Shown here piece by piece: positions 18,776 to 28,404 of a stretch of DNA of 64,000 nt. The notes under the pieces were generated by a model. It was not told where the DNA came from. It searched no databases and worked only from the letters and a program-made list of their open reading frames with translations. Position 1 is the first letter of the stretch. Each line of letters opens with the position of its first letter. Source of the stretch: a virus; IMG/VR virus record IMGVR_UViG_3300025929_000015, positions 35,377 through 99,376 of that record. One strand, 5' to 3'. A program made the translations under genes and the position numbers.

Positions 18776-19453
18776 ATGACCATCAGCCTGATGTACGACG
18801 CCACCCATGACAACATCGGCCACCTGCCGCCGCACGCCACCTACGCGGGCTACACCACCGGCAGCGGCGGCATCGCCTGGACCGCGGCGGACTGGAAGAA
18901 GTTCCCCGACGCGGTGCGGATCGACCAGGACGCCAGCGCCGCCGACCCGTCCGCCGACATCCTGGACGTGGAGAACGGCGCGGCCACCCCGGCGGAATGC
19001 CCCGGCTGGGCCCGGCGGGCGCTGGCCAGCTTCGCCAGCGCCGCCCGGCCCGGGCAGCGTTCCCCCGCCATCTACGCCGGCGCCGCCGCCATCACCACCG
19101 TGGCCAACGCGCTGACCGCGGGCGGCGTCACGTCCGGTGTCGGGCTGTGGGTGGCGAACTGGAACCTGACCGACTCGGAGGCGGTCGCGGCCGTGACCGC
19201 GGCGTCCGGGCCGTTCCCGGTCATCGCGGTGCAGTTCCGCAACGCCGGCCCGTACGATATCAGCGTGGTATCGACCAGCTGGCTGACCCGCCGGTCGGCG
19301 CCGCCGGTGACCGCGCACGTCCCGCCCGGGCAGTGGCTGGACCCTGCCGCGTGGACGTGGCAGACGGCGCGGCTGTCCGGCACCGGGCTGGACGGGAACA
19401 CGCACGAGTGGGATTACCACCCCGGCACGGGGCAGTGGTCGCGGGCCACGTAG
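18776..19453 (+). CDS. GH25-like muramidase / endolysin-like protein
   Basis: MYD...AGY...ILDVENG...PAIY...LWVANW...AVQF...YDIS. Confidence 0.65.
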   Translation: MTISLMYDATHDNIGHLPPHATYAGYTTGSGGIAWTAADWKKFPDAVRIDQDASAADPSADILDVENGAATPAECPGWARRALASFASAARPGQRSPAIYAGAAAITTVANALTAGGVTSGVGLWVANWNLTDSEAVAAVTAASGPFPVIAVQFRNAGPYDISVVSTSWLTRRSAPPVTAHVPPGQWLDPAAWTWQTARLSGTGLDGNTHEWDYHPGTGQWSRAT

Positions 19454-19455
19454 GC

Positions 19456-19722
19456 ATGCCCGCGCCCGCCCCGGAAGTAGTGCTGGCCCGCTGCGCGGTC
19501 TGCCGGTTCCGGATGGACCCGGTGCTGCCGCTGCACGGGTACCGCACCCACCCGTGCTGCCAGCCCGGCGAGGTATCCCCGCGCTGGGAACCCGGCGACA
19601 CCCCGCTGCGCGGGCCCAAGAGGAAAACGGCCCACCGGGCCCAAAGAGCCAACGGCCCGCCGCCCACAACGGGTACGGAACCAGCCAGGGTGATAACGGC
19701 GGCGGGTACAGTAGCGGGATGA
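19456..19722 (+). CDS. Hypothetical protein
   Basis: CAVC...THPCC. Confidence 0.5.
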   Translation: MPAPAPEVVLARCAVCRFRMDPVLPLHGYRTHPCCQPGEVSPRWEPGDTPLRGPKRKTAHRAQRANGPPPTTGTEPARVITAAGTVAG

Positions 19723-19777
19723 CAGGCAGCCCCGGCCCAGGGACCAACCCCACAAAGATGACGGCCGGGGCTGCCTG

Positions 19778-20896
19778 ATGCGTGACCTGGCGGAGGCGTG
19801 CGAGGAGCTGCTCACCCAGCTCCAGGTGTTCGACCTCGGCGCGGCTGACGACGACCGGGCCGACGCGGGCCTGGTCACGGTAACGTGCCTGATCGCCGAG
19901 GCGGACACCGACCCGGGGCTGCGCCGCTCCGGGCTGCTGGAATCCCGTCCGCCGTGGAACGCCAACGTGGCCGGCGCCTACCTGTCCGCCCACCAGCTGG
20001 TGCGCCGCCTGGAGGCGTCGCTGCGGCTGGCGGTGGCCGGGCACCCGGGCCGGGCGCGCGGCGGGTCGGATGCGAATACCGCCGAGGCCATCCGGGCGAT
20101 CGCCCGGATGGCCACCGCGGCCAGCGTGATCCCCACCGCCGAGCCGGTCTCCCGGTCCGACCCGGACGGGCGCAAGCTGACCGTGGCGGAACTGGCCGCG
20201 ATCGTGCTGGACCGCGCGATCCGCGTCATCGGCCAGCTGCCCGCCATCGACGAGTTCCCCAAGTGGGAGAAGATCCGGGCCGGCCCGGACGGGCTGCCGC
20301 CGCGCTGCCCGAACTGCGGTACGTTCTCGCTGCGGGTCGCGGTGCAGTCCGGGGTGGTGGTGTGCGTGCTGCCGTCCTGCGCCGACCTGGACGGGAACAG
20401 TCCCCCGCAGGCGCACCTGGACGTCTCGCGGCTGGACGGCAGCCCGGCGCTGGTGTGGCGGGACGGCACCGTGCAGTGCCCGCCGGCCGCGTTACGGCAG
20501 GTCCCGGAGCGGGATCCAGCCGTCTGGGTAGTCACCCCGGCTGATGGCCTGGGCCAGGCAGATGGCCGCGAACGGCCTGTACCCGCGCGCCCGGCCCGTG
20601 ACTACCGCCAGGGCCTCGTCCGGATCTTCGTCCAGTTCCAGGAGAGGGTCTTTCATGAGTTCTCGAATTCGATGTCGTCGATCATGTTCTGCCTTTCCCT
20701 TTCGTCACGGATTACCTCCCCAGAGTTTCCTGCTGAGCACAGGAACGCATTCCTTGCAGACCTGGAACTGGCACCACCATTTCAATTTCTTCCCGCAGTT
20801 CAGGCATCGCCCGGTCATTTCCTGCGCCGCCGTGCGGCGATACCCCTGGCGATCATCCGTAGCTTCTCCTCGAAGCAGGGTGTACACAGGCCATGA
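19778..20896 (+). CDS. Zinc-ribbon protein of the type often found before late genes in actinophages; 3' extension overlaps opposite-strand genes
   Basis: SRPPWNA...RCPNCGTFSLRV...VCVLPSC; codon bias decays after about 20490. Confidence 0.6.
   Translation: MRDLAEACEELLTQLQVFDLGAADDDRADAGLVTVTCLIAEADTDPGLRRSGLLESRPPWNANVAGAYLSAHQLVRRLEASLRLAVAGHPGRARGGSDANTAEAIRAIARMATAASVIPTAEPVSRSDPDGRKLTVAELAAIVLDRAIRVIGQLPAIDEFPKWEKIRAGPDGLPPRCPNCGTFSLRVAVQSGVVVCVLPSCADLDGNSPPQAHLDVSRLDGSPALVWRDGTVQCPPAALRQVPERDPAVWVVTPADGLGQADGRERPVPARPARDYRQGLVRIFVQFQERVFHEFSNSMSSIMFCLSLSSRITSPEFPAEHRNAFLADLELAPPFQFLPAVQASPGHFLRRRAAIPLAIIRSFSSKQGVHRP
20705..20818 (-). CDS. Zinc-finger microprotein
   Basis: MTGRCLNCGKKLKWWCQFQVCKEC. 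Confidence 0.6.
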   Translation of the reverse strand: MTGRCLNCGKKLKWWCQFQVCKECVPVLSRKLWGGNP

Positions 20897-20970
20897 TTGC
20901 GGTTGGCCACCTGAGGCGTGATCTCGTTCTCGCATCCTGCGGTCTTGCACTGCACCGTGCCCTTGCCCAT
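20815..20970 (-). CDS. Zinc-finger microprotein
   Basis: RBS AGGAG; CKTAGC...CTPC. Confidence 0.6.
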   Translation of the reverse strand: MGKGTVQCKTAGCENEITPQVANRNHGLCTPCFEEKLRMIARGIAARRRRK

Positions 20971-21343
20971 GATTTCTCCTAATTTCCTTCCCGCTGCCGC
21001 CGTATCTCGGCGAGACCTTCCGGGGTGAGCAGCCAGCCGACGCACCGGCCCGTGCGGTTGCTGAGGTACCAGTCGCGGTGGCATCTGCCGCAGTGCTGGG
21101 CGGTAAGCCACCGCCCTTCATGTGCGGCATACGTGAGCGTGAAGAGGTCGAGAGGGCAGAGCCCGACCTGGAGGGCGCCGCCCCACAAGATCCAGTTGGC
21201 CTCACCGAGCGTCATGTACTCCGTCATCTGACCTCTTTTCCTTTCATGCGTCACCCGGCCCCCGAGGCCCTGCTCAAGCCCACCTGCGAACGTGGTTCCC
21301 GGCTGCCCGGAACCGTAGGTTTGAGCAGGACCTCCGCGGTCAG

Positions 21344-21514
21344 CTACTTCTTCTTGGCCTTGGTCTTGCGGTACCTGTTCAGGTCCCTATTCGCCTGGAC
21401 CAGCGCGGCGGTAAGCCCGAAGTGGTCCGGATCTCCCCGCCTGAGCTGTCTCAGCGCATCTGCTATGTCGTTGCAGATGTCAATGAGCCGCTGCTCTTCC
21501 TGGTCTGCGGCCAT
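21344..21514 (-). CDS. Small helical protein
   Basis: MAADQEEQRLIDIC...KTKAKKK. Confidence 0.55.
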   Translation of the reverse strand: MAADQEEQRLIDICNDIADALRQLRRGDPDHFGLTAALVQANRDLNRYRKTKAKKK

Positions 21515-21879
21515 CGTTACGGTTCGATCGGGCCGCAGAACGGCTGGGTCATGTGCGGGGCGATCAGCCGGCAGGCCAGCACGTGGTGGCCGGGCCGGCA
21601 GTGCGGCCGGAGCGGGTTCGCACGGTAGGCGGCGACTGCCCAGCGGATGATCGTGGTCATGGTTTTCCTTCTTCCTTCTCGGTGAATGACCGGGAATACT
21701 GGTCGTCGGGAGTGTAGGACGGGTAGTATTTCGCGTCGATCCAGGGATGCGTGCCCGGGTCGGGCACGAAGACGACCAGGCCGAACCACGGGGTCCGCAG
21801 GTACAGTGAGCAGTTCCCGTACTCGTCCCCGCCGTGCCCGGCGTACCAGCCGGTGGACGGGCCCTCCAGCAGGAGCCGC

Positions 21880-22412
21880 CTACCGAGGCTTCGCATGGCC
21901 GTCCCCTTTCGCTCGCCGGATCCTGGCCTTGGCGGCCAGGAACCGGACCGTATCGGCGAAACGGCCGCCTACCTGGATCTCACCCGAGGCGCTGAAGTAC
22001 TCGGCGATCTCGCCTGGGCGGTCCCGCCGCTTCTCGCAGGCCCACAGCCGGCCGTCGATATCAGCACACACGGCGACGGCGATCTCGATCCGGTCCGGCC
22101 GCAGGCTGGGCCGCGGTCCGGGGCCTTCCGCGGCCCACCCTTCGATCTGGAGGAGATACGCGTACGGCGGTTCGCCCGGGTGCTCCTCCAGGTGCTGCCC
22201 GGCCAGCCCGGCCAGCATCATCGGGTACTGGTCCGGATCGACCGCCGGGTCGATGCCGGCCAGTACCCGGCAGCTGACTTGCTGGCCGTCCCAGCCCAGG
22301 ATCATGAACTGGTGCAGCGAATCCCACTGGTCGTGCTGCTCGATGACGCCGCGGGTGTAGGCGGCCATGACTTCTTCCGGCGCGGATTTCTTGATCTGTT
22401 CGTTCTCATCCA
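21880..22412 (-). CDS. Hypothetical protein
   Basis: Long ORF with strong codon bias. Confidence 0.65.
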
Positions 22413-22516
22413 TAGATCTCACCGATCGGTCGGTGTCTCCTTTTCTCGTTGTGGTCCGTTCCGGTTTCGCACTTTCGCACTGCTCTCCTTTCCGTCTTGG
22501 GTATACGCTGAGGTTC

Positions 22517-23089
22517 ATGAATGTGGATGTCAGCCAGCTCCAGCCCGGCGTCTTCGGCGTCTCGCATGGCGGCGGCCTGGCCGGAGAGCTTATCCGCCAC
22601 GCGACTGGCTCCTGGGCCGGGCACGCGTTCCTCTACCTCGGCGGCGGGCGGCTGGTCCAGGGCCAGCCGCCCGCCGCCGCGCTCGCGCCCGCGGACAGCC
22701 ACGGCGACGCGATCTGGGCCTGGCGGATGTGGGACCAGCTGCGCGCCGTGACCGGCTGGACCGCGGACCAGGTGACCGCCGCGCAGCGGCGGGTGGTGGC
22801 CCGCGGACACGCCCTGACCGGCTGCCGGTACGACTTCGAGGCGTACGCGGGCTTTTCCCTGGAAGTGCTCAAGCTAGTCAACGCCGGCCAGCTCGACCCG
22901 GTGTTCAGCAGCGACAGCTACCGGGTATGCAGCGCACTGGTGGACGACGCGGAGGTCTTCGGCGGGGTGCCGATGACCTACGTGCCCGCCGACGGGCCGG
23001 GCGTGGCCCCGGGCGGGGCGATGATCGCCGCCAACCTGGTCGCGCCCGGCATGCTGCTCGGACTGGCCGAACGCAGTGAGTGGATCTAG
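22517..23089 (+). CDS. Permuted papain-like amidase (YaeF/YiiX, C92)
   Basis: LIRHATGSWAGHAFLYLG...GCRYDF...VCSALV (His before Cys). Confidence 0.8.
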   Translation: MNVDVSQLQPGVFGVSHGGGLAGELIRHATGSWAGHAFLYLGGGRLVQGQPPAAALAPADSHGDAIWAWRMWDQLRAVTGWTADQVTAAQRRVVARGHALTGCRYDFEAYAGFSLEVLKLVNAGQLDPVFSSDSYRVCSALVDDAEVFGGVPMTYVPADGPGVAPGGAMIAANLVAPGMLLGLAERSEWI

Positions 23090-23235
23090 CCGTCAGCCTC
23101 CGGCCGGCCGATGTTGTAGCCGGCCTCAGCTTCGGCGGCCCAGGCTTCCAGCTCCGCCTCGGTGATCACCTTTCCGGTCTTCGTGACCGGCGGATGGCAG
23201 ATCAGGCAGCCGGGATCGCCGCATTCCTTCCTCAC
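23086..23235 (-). CDS. 49-aa protein resembling an actinobacterial antitoxin N-terminus
   Basis: TKTGKVITEAELEAWAAEAEAGYNIG; GTGA coupling. Confidence 0.55.
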   Translation of the reverse strand: MRKECGDPGCLICHPPVTKTGKVITEAELEAWAAEAEAGYNIGRPEADG

Positions 23236-23720
23236 GTGCTGATCCCCGCCGCGCGGGCCCGCGCCTCGGTGGCGGCCGCCTTGGCATCGGCGAACTGCCG
23301 CGCTTCGGTGAACTCCTTCCGCGCCTTCTCGGCGTCCTCGCGGGCCCGGGTCAGCCGGGACAGCTCAGCGCGGTCTGCGTCGCTCAGCCGGGGCATCGCC
23401 CCGTCCAGGCGGTACCAGGCTTCCTGCGTGCGCTTGCCGGTGTCCTTCCATAGCACCAGCGCGTTGCCGCTGCCCGCGTGGAACCCGGTGATCACCGCAT
23501 CGCGGCCGTCCCGGGTGGTGACGGGCAGCTCGAACCGCACGTCCTTGAACTCGCGGGCCTTGTTCTCCAGCCCGTAGAAGCTGGGATCGGACAGCTCCTG
23601 GCCGTCACCCAGGTCCACCCGGAATTTCACCCTGTTGATGTAGTCACTGCTGTTCTCGGCCAGCTCGACCGGGTAGTCCCGGCCGAGCACCGACACGGTC
23701 AGGCCGGTGTACCTGTTCAT
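23232..23720 (-). CDS. Hypothetical protein
   Basis: ATGA-coupled ORF. Confidence 0.65.
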   Translation of the reverse strand: MNRYTGLTVSVLGRDYPVELAENSSDYINRVKFRVDLGDGQELSDPSFYGLENKAREFKDVRFELPVTTRDGRDAVITGFHAGSGNALVLWKDTGKRTQEAWYRLDGAMPRLSDADRAELSRLTRAREDAEKARKEFTEARQFADAKAAATEARARAAGIST

Positions 23721-23961
23721 TTCTCTCCTCTCGTTGTTTCGCTGACGTCGCCATCGGCCCATTCGATCCGGACGCTGACGGGCCGCCCGGCGTTGATGTC
23801 GCCTTTGCTGGGGACATGCAGCGCCCCCGGGCCGGTGACGACGGTGCGCCAGCATTCGTCCCCCGTCCCGGCATCGGCCAGGATCACGGTAAACGGGAAG
23901 CAGCTGGCGGGCAGGTCGTGAAACGGGATGCTGCCCACTGGCGTCCTCCTTCCTGCTTGCT

Positions 23962-24021
23962 TCCTGGCAAGCAGAACAACGCCCGGACCCCAGGGGTCCG
24001 GGCGTGTTCCTCCTGGCAGGA
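23962..24021 (-). repeat. Family-A intergenic hairpin element, copy 1
   Basis: TCCTGCCAGG...stem-loop...CTGCTTGCCAGGA. Confidence 0.85.
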
Positions 24022-24023
24022 TG

Positions 24024-25130
24024 CTACGGCTGGGTGTAGCTGAACGCAGGCAGCGGCACGGCCACTGCCGGGTCCCCGGGCGGTGGCGCCCCGTTGGGGC
24101 ACCACAGGTTGACGATCACCTGCTGCTTGCCGGTGGCGGGGACGGCGACCGTGCCGCTGAACTGGTTCCCGCCGTACAGCTGGGTGTAGCTGTACTTCTG
24201 CCCCTGGACGGCGGTCACCTCGGCCAGCACGGTCCCGTCCGCGGCGGACAGCCGCCATCGCAGGGAGCCGGGCAGCCAGGTGAACTCGGCGGTCAGGCTG
24301 CCATGCCCCGCCGGGATGGCGAACTGGCTGCCCGGTACCAGCACGTGCCCGGGCGGGGTGCCCTGCACCGAGCTGAGCTGGTCGGCGTAGTAGCCGAACT
24401 GGACGAACGCCGGGGCGCCGGCGATAGTCCCGGCCGAGTAGAACTCGATGTCGATTTCCTTCTGCCCGCCGGGGCCGCCCTTGCTGGCTGCCCAGTAGGT
24501 GAACAGTCCCAGGCACAGCCCGGGCGGCAGTGCGGTCAGGTCGGCGCCGATGCTCCACCGGTAGGTGCCGTACCCCCAGGTCGAGGCGTTCGCCGCGATC
24601 CCCTGGTCACCCCGGGCGGAGTCCGCCTCCGCCCCGGCATACAAGCCGGGTGACAGCTGCGCGGCGTGCAGCGTCAGGACCTGACCCAGCGCGTCCACGG
24701 TCACGTTGGCCGCCTTAGGCTGGCCGGGCGCGGTGCCCCAGTCCTCCAGCTCCCACAGGTGATTGCCCCAGGACACCGCGTTCCCCGCCTGGGAGGCAGG
24801 CGGCTCGGCCCCGCCGTAGCCGGAGACGATGGCCTTGCCGGCTGACGGGGCGGCCCCGGCCAGCAGCGCGGTGCCGTTGGCGTTGGACTGCAGCGCGTAC
24901 GACCCGCCCTGGTCATCGGTCAGCGCCACCACCGCGGCCGGGGTCCCGGACGGGGTCACCGTGTAGCTGGTGGTCGCGGTGGCGATCTCCCCGGTCGCCG
25001 GGTCCTGCGCGGTCCCGGTCAGGTTGACAGTGAACACCGCCGCCCGGTCCGCGTAGTTCGCCGTCACCTTCACCGCCTCCCCCGGGGCGTAATTCGTCTT
25101 GTCGGTGGACAGGGACAGGCTCAGGGTCAT
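24024..25130 (-). CDS. GH16-like glycoside hydrolase with N-terminal Ig-like domain
   Basis: GYGTY...GLFTY...EIDIEF catalytic motif. Confidence 0.75.
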   Translation of the reverse strand: MTLSLSLSTDKTNYAPGEAVKVTANYADRAAVFTVNLTGTAQDPATGEIATATTSYTVTPSGTPAAVVALTDDQGGSYALQSNANGTALLAGAAPSAGKAIVSGYGGAEPPASQAGNAVSWGNHLWELEDWGTAPGQPKAANVTVDALGQVLTLHAAQLSPGLYAGAEADSARGDQGIAANASTWGYGTYRWSIGADLTALPPGLCLGLFTYWAASKGGPGGQKEIDIEFYSAGTIAGAPAFVQFGYYADQLSSVQGTPPGHVLVPGSQFAIPAGHGSLTAEFTWLPGSLRWRLSAADGTVLAEVTAVQGQKYSYTQLYGGNQFSGTVAVPATGKQQVIVNLWCPNGAPPPGDPAVAVPLPAFSYTQP

Positions 25131-25273
25131 GGTCGACGCCTCCTTCGCGGGGTCAGCCGGACCCGGGGCCGCAGCCGGGTGGCCGCAAGTACCGCGTAGA
25201 CCAGGGTCACCCCGCTGATCACGTACGTGCCCAGGAAATGGTACATGGGCATGTACCAGCCGTAATTCTGCAT
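25127..25273 (-). CDS. Single-TM small protein
   Basis: Hydrophobic core followed by an Arg-rich tail; ATGA-coupled to GH16. Confidence 0.6.
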   Translation of the reverse strand: MQNYGWYMPMYHFLGTYVISGVTLVYAVLAATRLRPRVRLTPRRRRRP

Positions 25274-25290
25274 GATATTTCCCCCTCGGG

Positions 25291-26409
25291 TCAGATGGAC
25301 GTACCGGCACCCCAGCTGGAGCTGCGCTTGCGCAGCATCCGGTACAGCGCGCGGATGTAAACGAACTGGCGGGCGACCGAGTAGAACAGGTCGGGGACGA
25401 TCAGCAGCGTCGCCACGATGGCGACGATCCCGGCCTTGCGCGCCTGCCAGGTCTGCTCGATGATGATGAACAGCAGGCACAGCGCGTACAGCTTCGCGTT
25501 CAGCGGGTTGATGCCCTGCCAGCCGAACAGCGCGAACGACCAGGACAGGTAGAACGCGGTCAGCGGCAGCGCCAGCATCCCCAGGTAGGTGGCGGACTGC
25601 CGGACGATCATCCCGCGCGTCTCGTGCCCCCACCCGTACCGGACCAGCTCGGCCAGCGTGCCGTGCTGCCAGCGCAGCCGCTGGCTCACCCAGTCCCGGA
25701 CGGTCTCCATCACGTCGGTCAGCACCCGGCAATTCCCCGGCGCCAGCACCGGGATCCGCAGCCGTTTCAGCGCCAAGGTCAGCTCGTAGTCCTCGACCAG
25801 GCTGTGCACGTCGTACACCTGGCCGTCCGGGCGGGTCGCGGCCACCGCCCACAGCACGCACACCCGCATCCCCCACCCGGTGCCGGACAGCACGTCGGCC
25901 CGCGGGCGGCGGTTCTGGTGCTGGGCGAACCGGGCGAACTCGGCCCGCTGCAGCGCGCCGAGCAGGCCGCCGCCGGGGCGGCCGTGGAACGTCGCGCCGA
26001 CGCTGCCGTAGCCTTTCTCCAGCCACCGGATCGTGTTGGCGATGAAGTCGGGGTCCGGCACGGAGTCCGCGTCGAACCCCATCACGATGTCGGTGTCATC
26101 CAGCCGGGGCAAGATGTGCGCCAGCCCGATGTTCAGGTTGCCGGCCTTGCGGTGCGGGTTGACCGCCGTCTGGGTGATGCTCACCCCGTACGGCGCGACC
26201 TCGGCTGCGATCCGGTTGGCCAGCTCGCGGTCGGCTGTGTTGTCGAGCAGGACATACAGCTCGTCCGGGGGCCTGGTCTGGCCGAGCACCGCCTCCACGG
26301 TCCGGCTGATCGTCCCGGTCTCGTTGTGGGTGGGGATCACGACGACCACCCGGTCGGCCGGGTCGGTCAGCAGCGGACCGAAATCCCTTCCTCGTCTTGA
26401 ATGGTTCAA
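25291..26409 (-). CDS. Processive GT2 glycosyltransferase (cellulose/PNAG synthase-like)
   Basis: IPTHNE, KAGNLN, DADS, VEDYELT, QRLRW motifs; C-terminal TM helices. Confidence 0.9.
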   Translation of the reverse strand: MNHSRRGRDFGPLLTDPADRVVVVIPTHNETGTISRTVEAVLGQTRPPDELYVLLDNTADRELANRIAAEVAPYGVSITQTAVNPHRKAGNLNIGLAHILPRLDDTDIVMGFDADSVPDPDFIANTIRWLEKGYGSVGATFHGRPGGGLLGALQRAEFARFAQHQNRRPRADVLSGTGWGMRVCVLWAVAATRPDGQVYDVHSLVEDYELTLALKRLRIPVLAPGNCRVLTDVMETVRDWVSQRLRWQHGTLAELVRYGWGHETRGMIVRQSATYLGMLALPLTAFYLSWSFALFGWQGINPLNAKLYALCLLFIIIEQTWQARKAGIVAIVATLLIVPDLFYSVARQFVYIRALYRMLRKRSSSWGAGTSI

Positions 26410-26563
26410 AATTTCTCCTTTCGCAGCGGAACGTGGCCGTTCCCCGCGGCGCCCGCCCGCAAGCGGGCGCCACGGCCAGCGGCCTCAACCCAGGTGTCAC
26501 CAAAGCAGGAACACTATTTTTCCCCGCCTGCCCCGCGGGGGCCAGCCCTGACTTCGGTGACCT

Positions 26564-27160
26564 TTACGGCTGACCCGACGATTCCTCCTGCCCTTTCAGG
26601 TAGCGCAGCGCCCGGTGCTCATCCCAGCCGAACGTCTCGTGCAGCCCGGCGGCCAGCATCTCCTGGTATGCCGGGGCGGGCGCCAGCGGTTCGACGTCGG
26701 CCATCCGCCACGGCGCGCCGAACGTGACCACCGGGTGCCCGCGGAGCCTGCCCACGCAGCTGACGGTCTCGTAATGGCCGGGCCCGGCGGACAGCTGTGC
26801 CCCCGGGGTGAGCGGCAGGTCCCAGTCCGTCCCGGGGACCTGCTTCATCTCCTGGGCCATGATGTCACAGAGCTGTGCCGGGGCGATCAGCCAGGCCCGG
26901 GCCGCGGTGATGCCGGCTGCGTGAGGGTCATACAGGGCCCGGCCGCCGCCCCAGAACGCCGACCGGGTGGCGAAGTACATCCGGCCGGGCAGCCAGGCAG
27001 CCGTCGTGTCGACCGGATCGGCCGGGTCGCGGGCCCCGTGGTGGACCCGGCCGGTCTCGGCCAGCACACCGCCGTGCAGGTAGTACCGGAACCGGCGCCA
27101 GGTCATGTTCGACCCGTAGGCCGCATACCAGACCAGGCTCGTGTCCTTTCCTGTTCCCAT
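26564..27160 (-). CDS. Gamma-glutamylcyclotransferase-fold protein
   Basis: VWYAAYGSNM...QLCDIMAQEM...APAPAYQEML. Confidence 0.72.
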   Translation of the reverse strand: MGTGKDTSLVWYAAYGSNMTWRRFRYYLHGGVLAETGRVHHGARDPADPVDTTAAWLPGRMYFATRSAFWGGGRALYDPHAAGITAARAWLIAPAQLCDIMAQEMKQVPGTDWDLPLTPGAQLSAGPGHYETVSCVGRLRGHPVVTFGAPWRMADVEPLAPAPAYQEMLAAGLHETFGWDEHRALRYLKGQEESSGQP

Positions 27161-27349
27161 GGTTAACTCCTTTTCTCCGCTGCCGCGCTTGCGCCGTTTC
27201 TCGGCGGTATCAGCGCACCTGTCGCTGCAGAACCTGCTGCGCGCCAGCACTGCGAAATATGGCTTCCCGCAGCACTCGCATCTCTTCTCGATAAGTTTCT
27301 TACGGCGGGTATATGTCGCGCCTTTCTGAGGCCCGCGTTTTCCCATGGG

Positions 27350-27583
27350 TCACCAGCTCCCTAGATACTTCCGGCACTTCGGGCAGCGGTACAGCGTCGT
27401 GCCGTTCTTGTTTTTCTTTATTGGCCGGGGATTGTGCGGCGGGCAGCGCTCGCTGTAGTTCTTGGCCGGCCGGGGGACCGGAGCCGGGTTCGGCCGACGC
27501 CTCTTACTCGCCTTAGAACACGTGGGATCGTGCGGATCGCCGCCCTTAGCCCCGCATTCCGCGCACGGCGGCTTCTTCGGCAT
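27350..27583 (-). CDS. Basic double zinc-finger microprotein
   Basis: CAECG...HDPTC; CPPH...CPKC. Confidence 0.65.
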   Translation of the reverse strand: MPKKPPCAECGAKGGDPHDPTCSKASKRRRPNPAPVPRPAKNYSERCPPHNPRPIKKNKNGTTLYRCPKCRKYLGSW

Positions 27584-27661
27584 CGCGCTAACGCCGCGAA
27601 TTGAATACGTCCGCCCAGTAATCGGCGGTCATGACGTTATCCATGTTTCCTTCCTTCTTTC

Positions 27662-28111
27662 TCACAGCGGGATGTGGCCTTTCGGCCAGCCATCCTCGCG
27701 GATTTTCCCGTCCGCCAGCATGGCCAGGTGCTCCAGTGTGCCCGGTTCGTACCGGCGGACCGGCGCGGTGGTCCGGGCGATCTGCCGGGCCACCCGCCGG
27801 GCGAACCGGGCCTTGCGCCAGGCCGCCCGGGCGGCGGCGGTCTTGACCCGTCCGGTCAGCGGCGTGTAGACGTAGGCGTCTTCGATGTGCACCCCGGACA
27901 CGGTGCCGTCCCCGTCGAACCAGACCTCGCCGGTCAGCTCGTGCCGGGCGACCGTCAGCGCGGACAGGTCCACCTTGCACTGCCCGTCCGGCCAGAAGTC
28001 GACGTCGGTGCCGTCGGCCAGGTGCACGGTGAGCCGCACGGCCGGCCGGCGTCTCATGGCCGGCTCAGCTGTCTGCCGCAGCGGCAGCAGCATCCATCTC
28101 GGTCCGGTCAT
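27662..28111 (-). CDS. Hypothetical protein
   Basis: Coupled ORF. Confidence 0.6.
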   Translation of the reverse strand: MTGPRWMLLPLRQTAEPAMRRRPAVRLTVHLADGTDVDFWPDGQCKVDLSALTVARHELTGEVWFDGDGTVSGVHIEDAYVYTPLTGRVKTAAARAAWRKARFARRVARQIARTTAPVRRYEPGTLEHLAMLADGKIREDGWPKGHIPL

Positions 28112-28404
28112 CGCACTGCCCGGCCGGCGATCCGGTCCCGGCTGGTCCAGCCGTTGACGTGCCCGTGGTTGTTGGAGATCTGCACCCGCTGCCCGTCGAT
28201 CGCGGTGATCTTATGCAGGTAGATGCGGCCGCGGACGCGGGCCAGCACGATGTCCCCGGCTTCGAGCGTGTCATCGTCGCGCAGCCGCCGGATGGTCACC
28301 CGCTCCCGGTCGCAGATCAGCGGTTCCATGGAGTGGCCGCGCGGCCGGATCGTGACCTGCTCCGCACCGTCACGGAGCTGGTGATAAGCCCAGGTCTCGG
28401 TCAC
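28108..28404 (-). CDS. Peptidase S24/S26-like protein
   Basis: RGHSMEP...GDIVLARV...LHKI. Confidence 0.75.
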   Translation of the reverse strand: MTETWAYHQLRDGAEQVTIRPRGHSMEPLICDRERVTIRRLRDDDTLEAGDIVLARVRGRIYLHKITAIDGQRVQISNNHGHVNGWTSRDRIAGRAVR

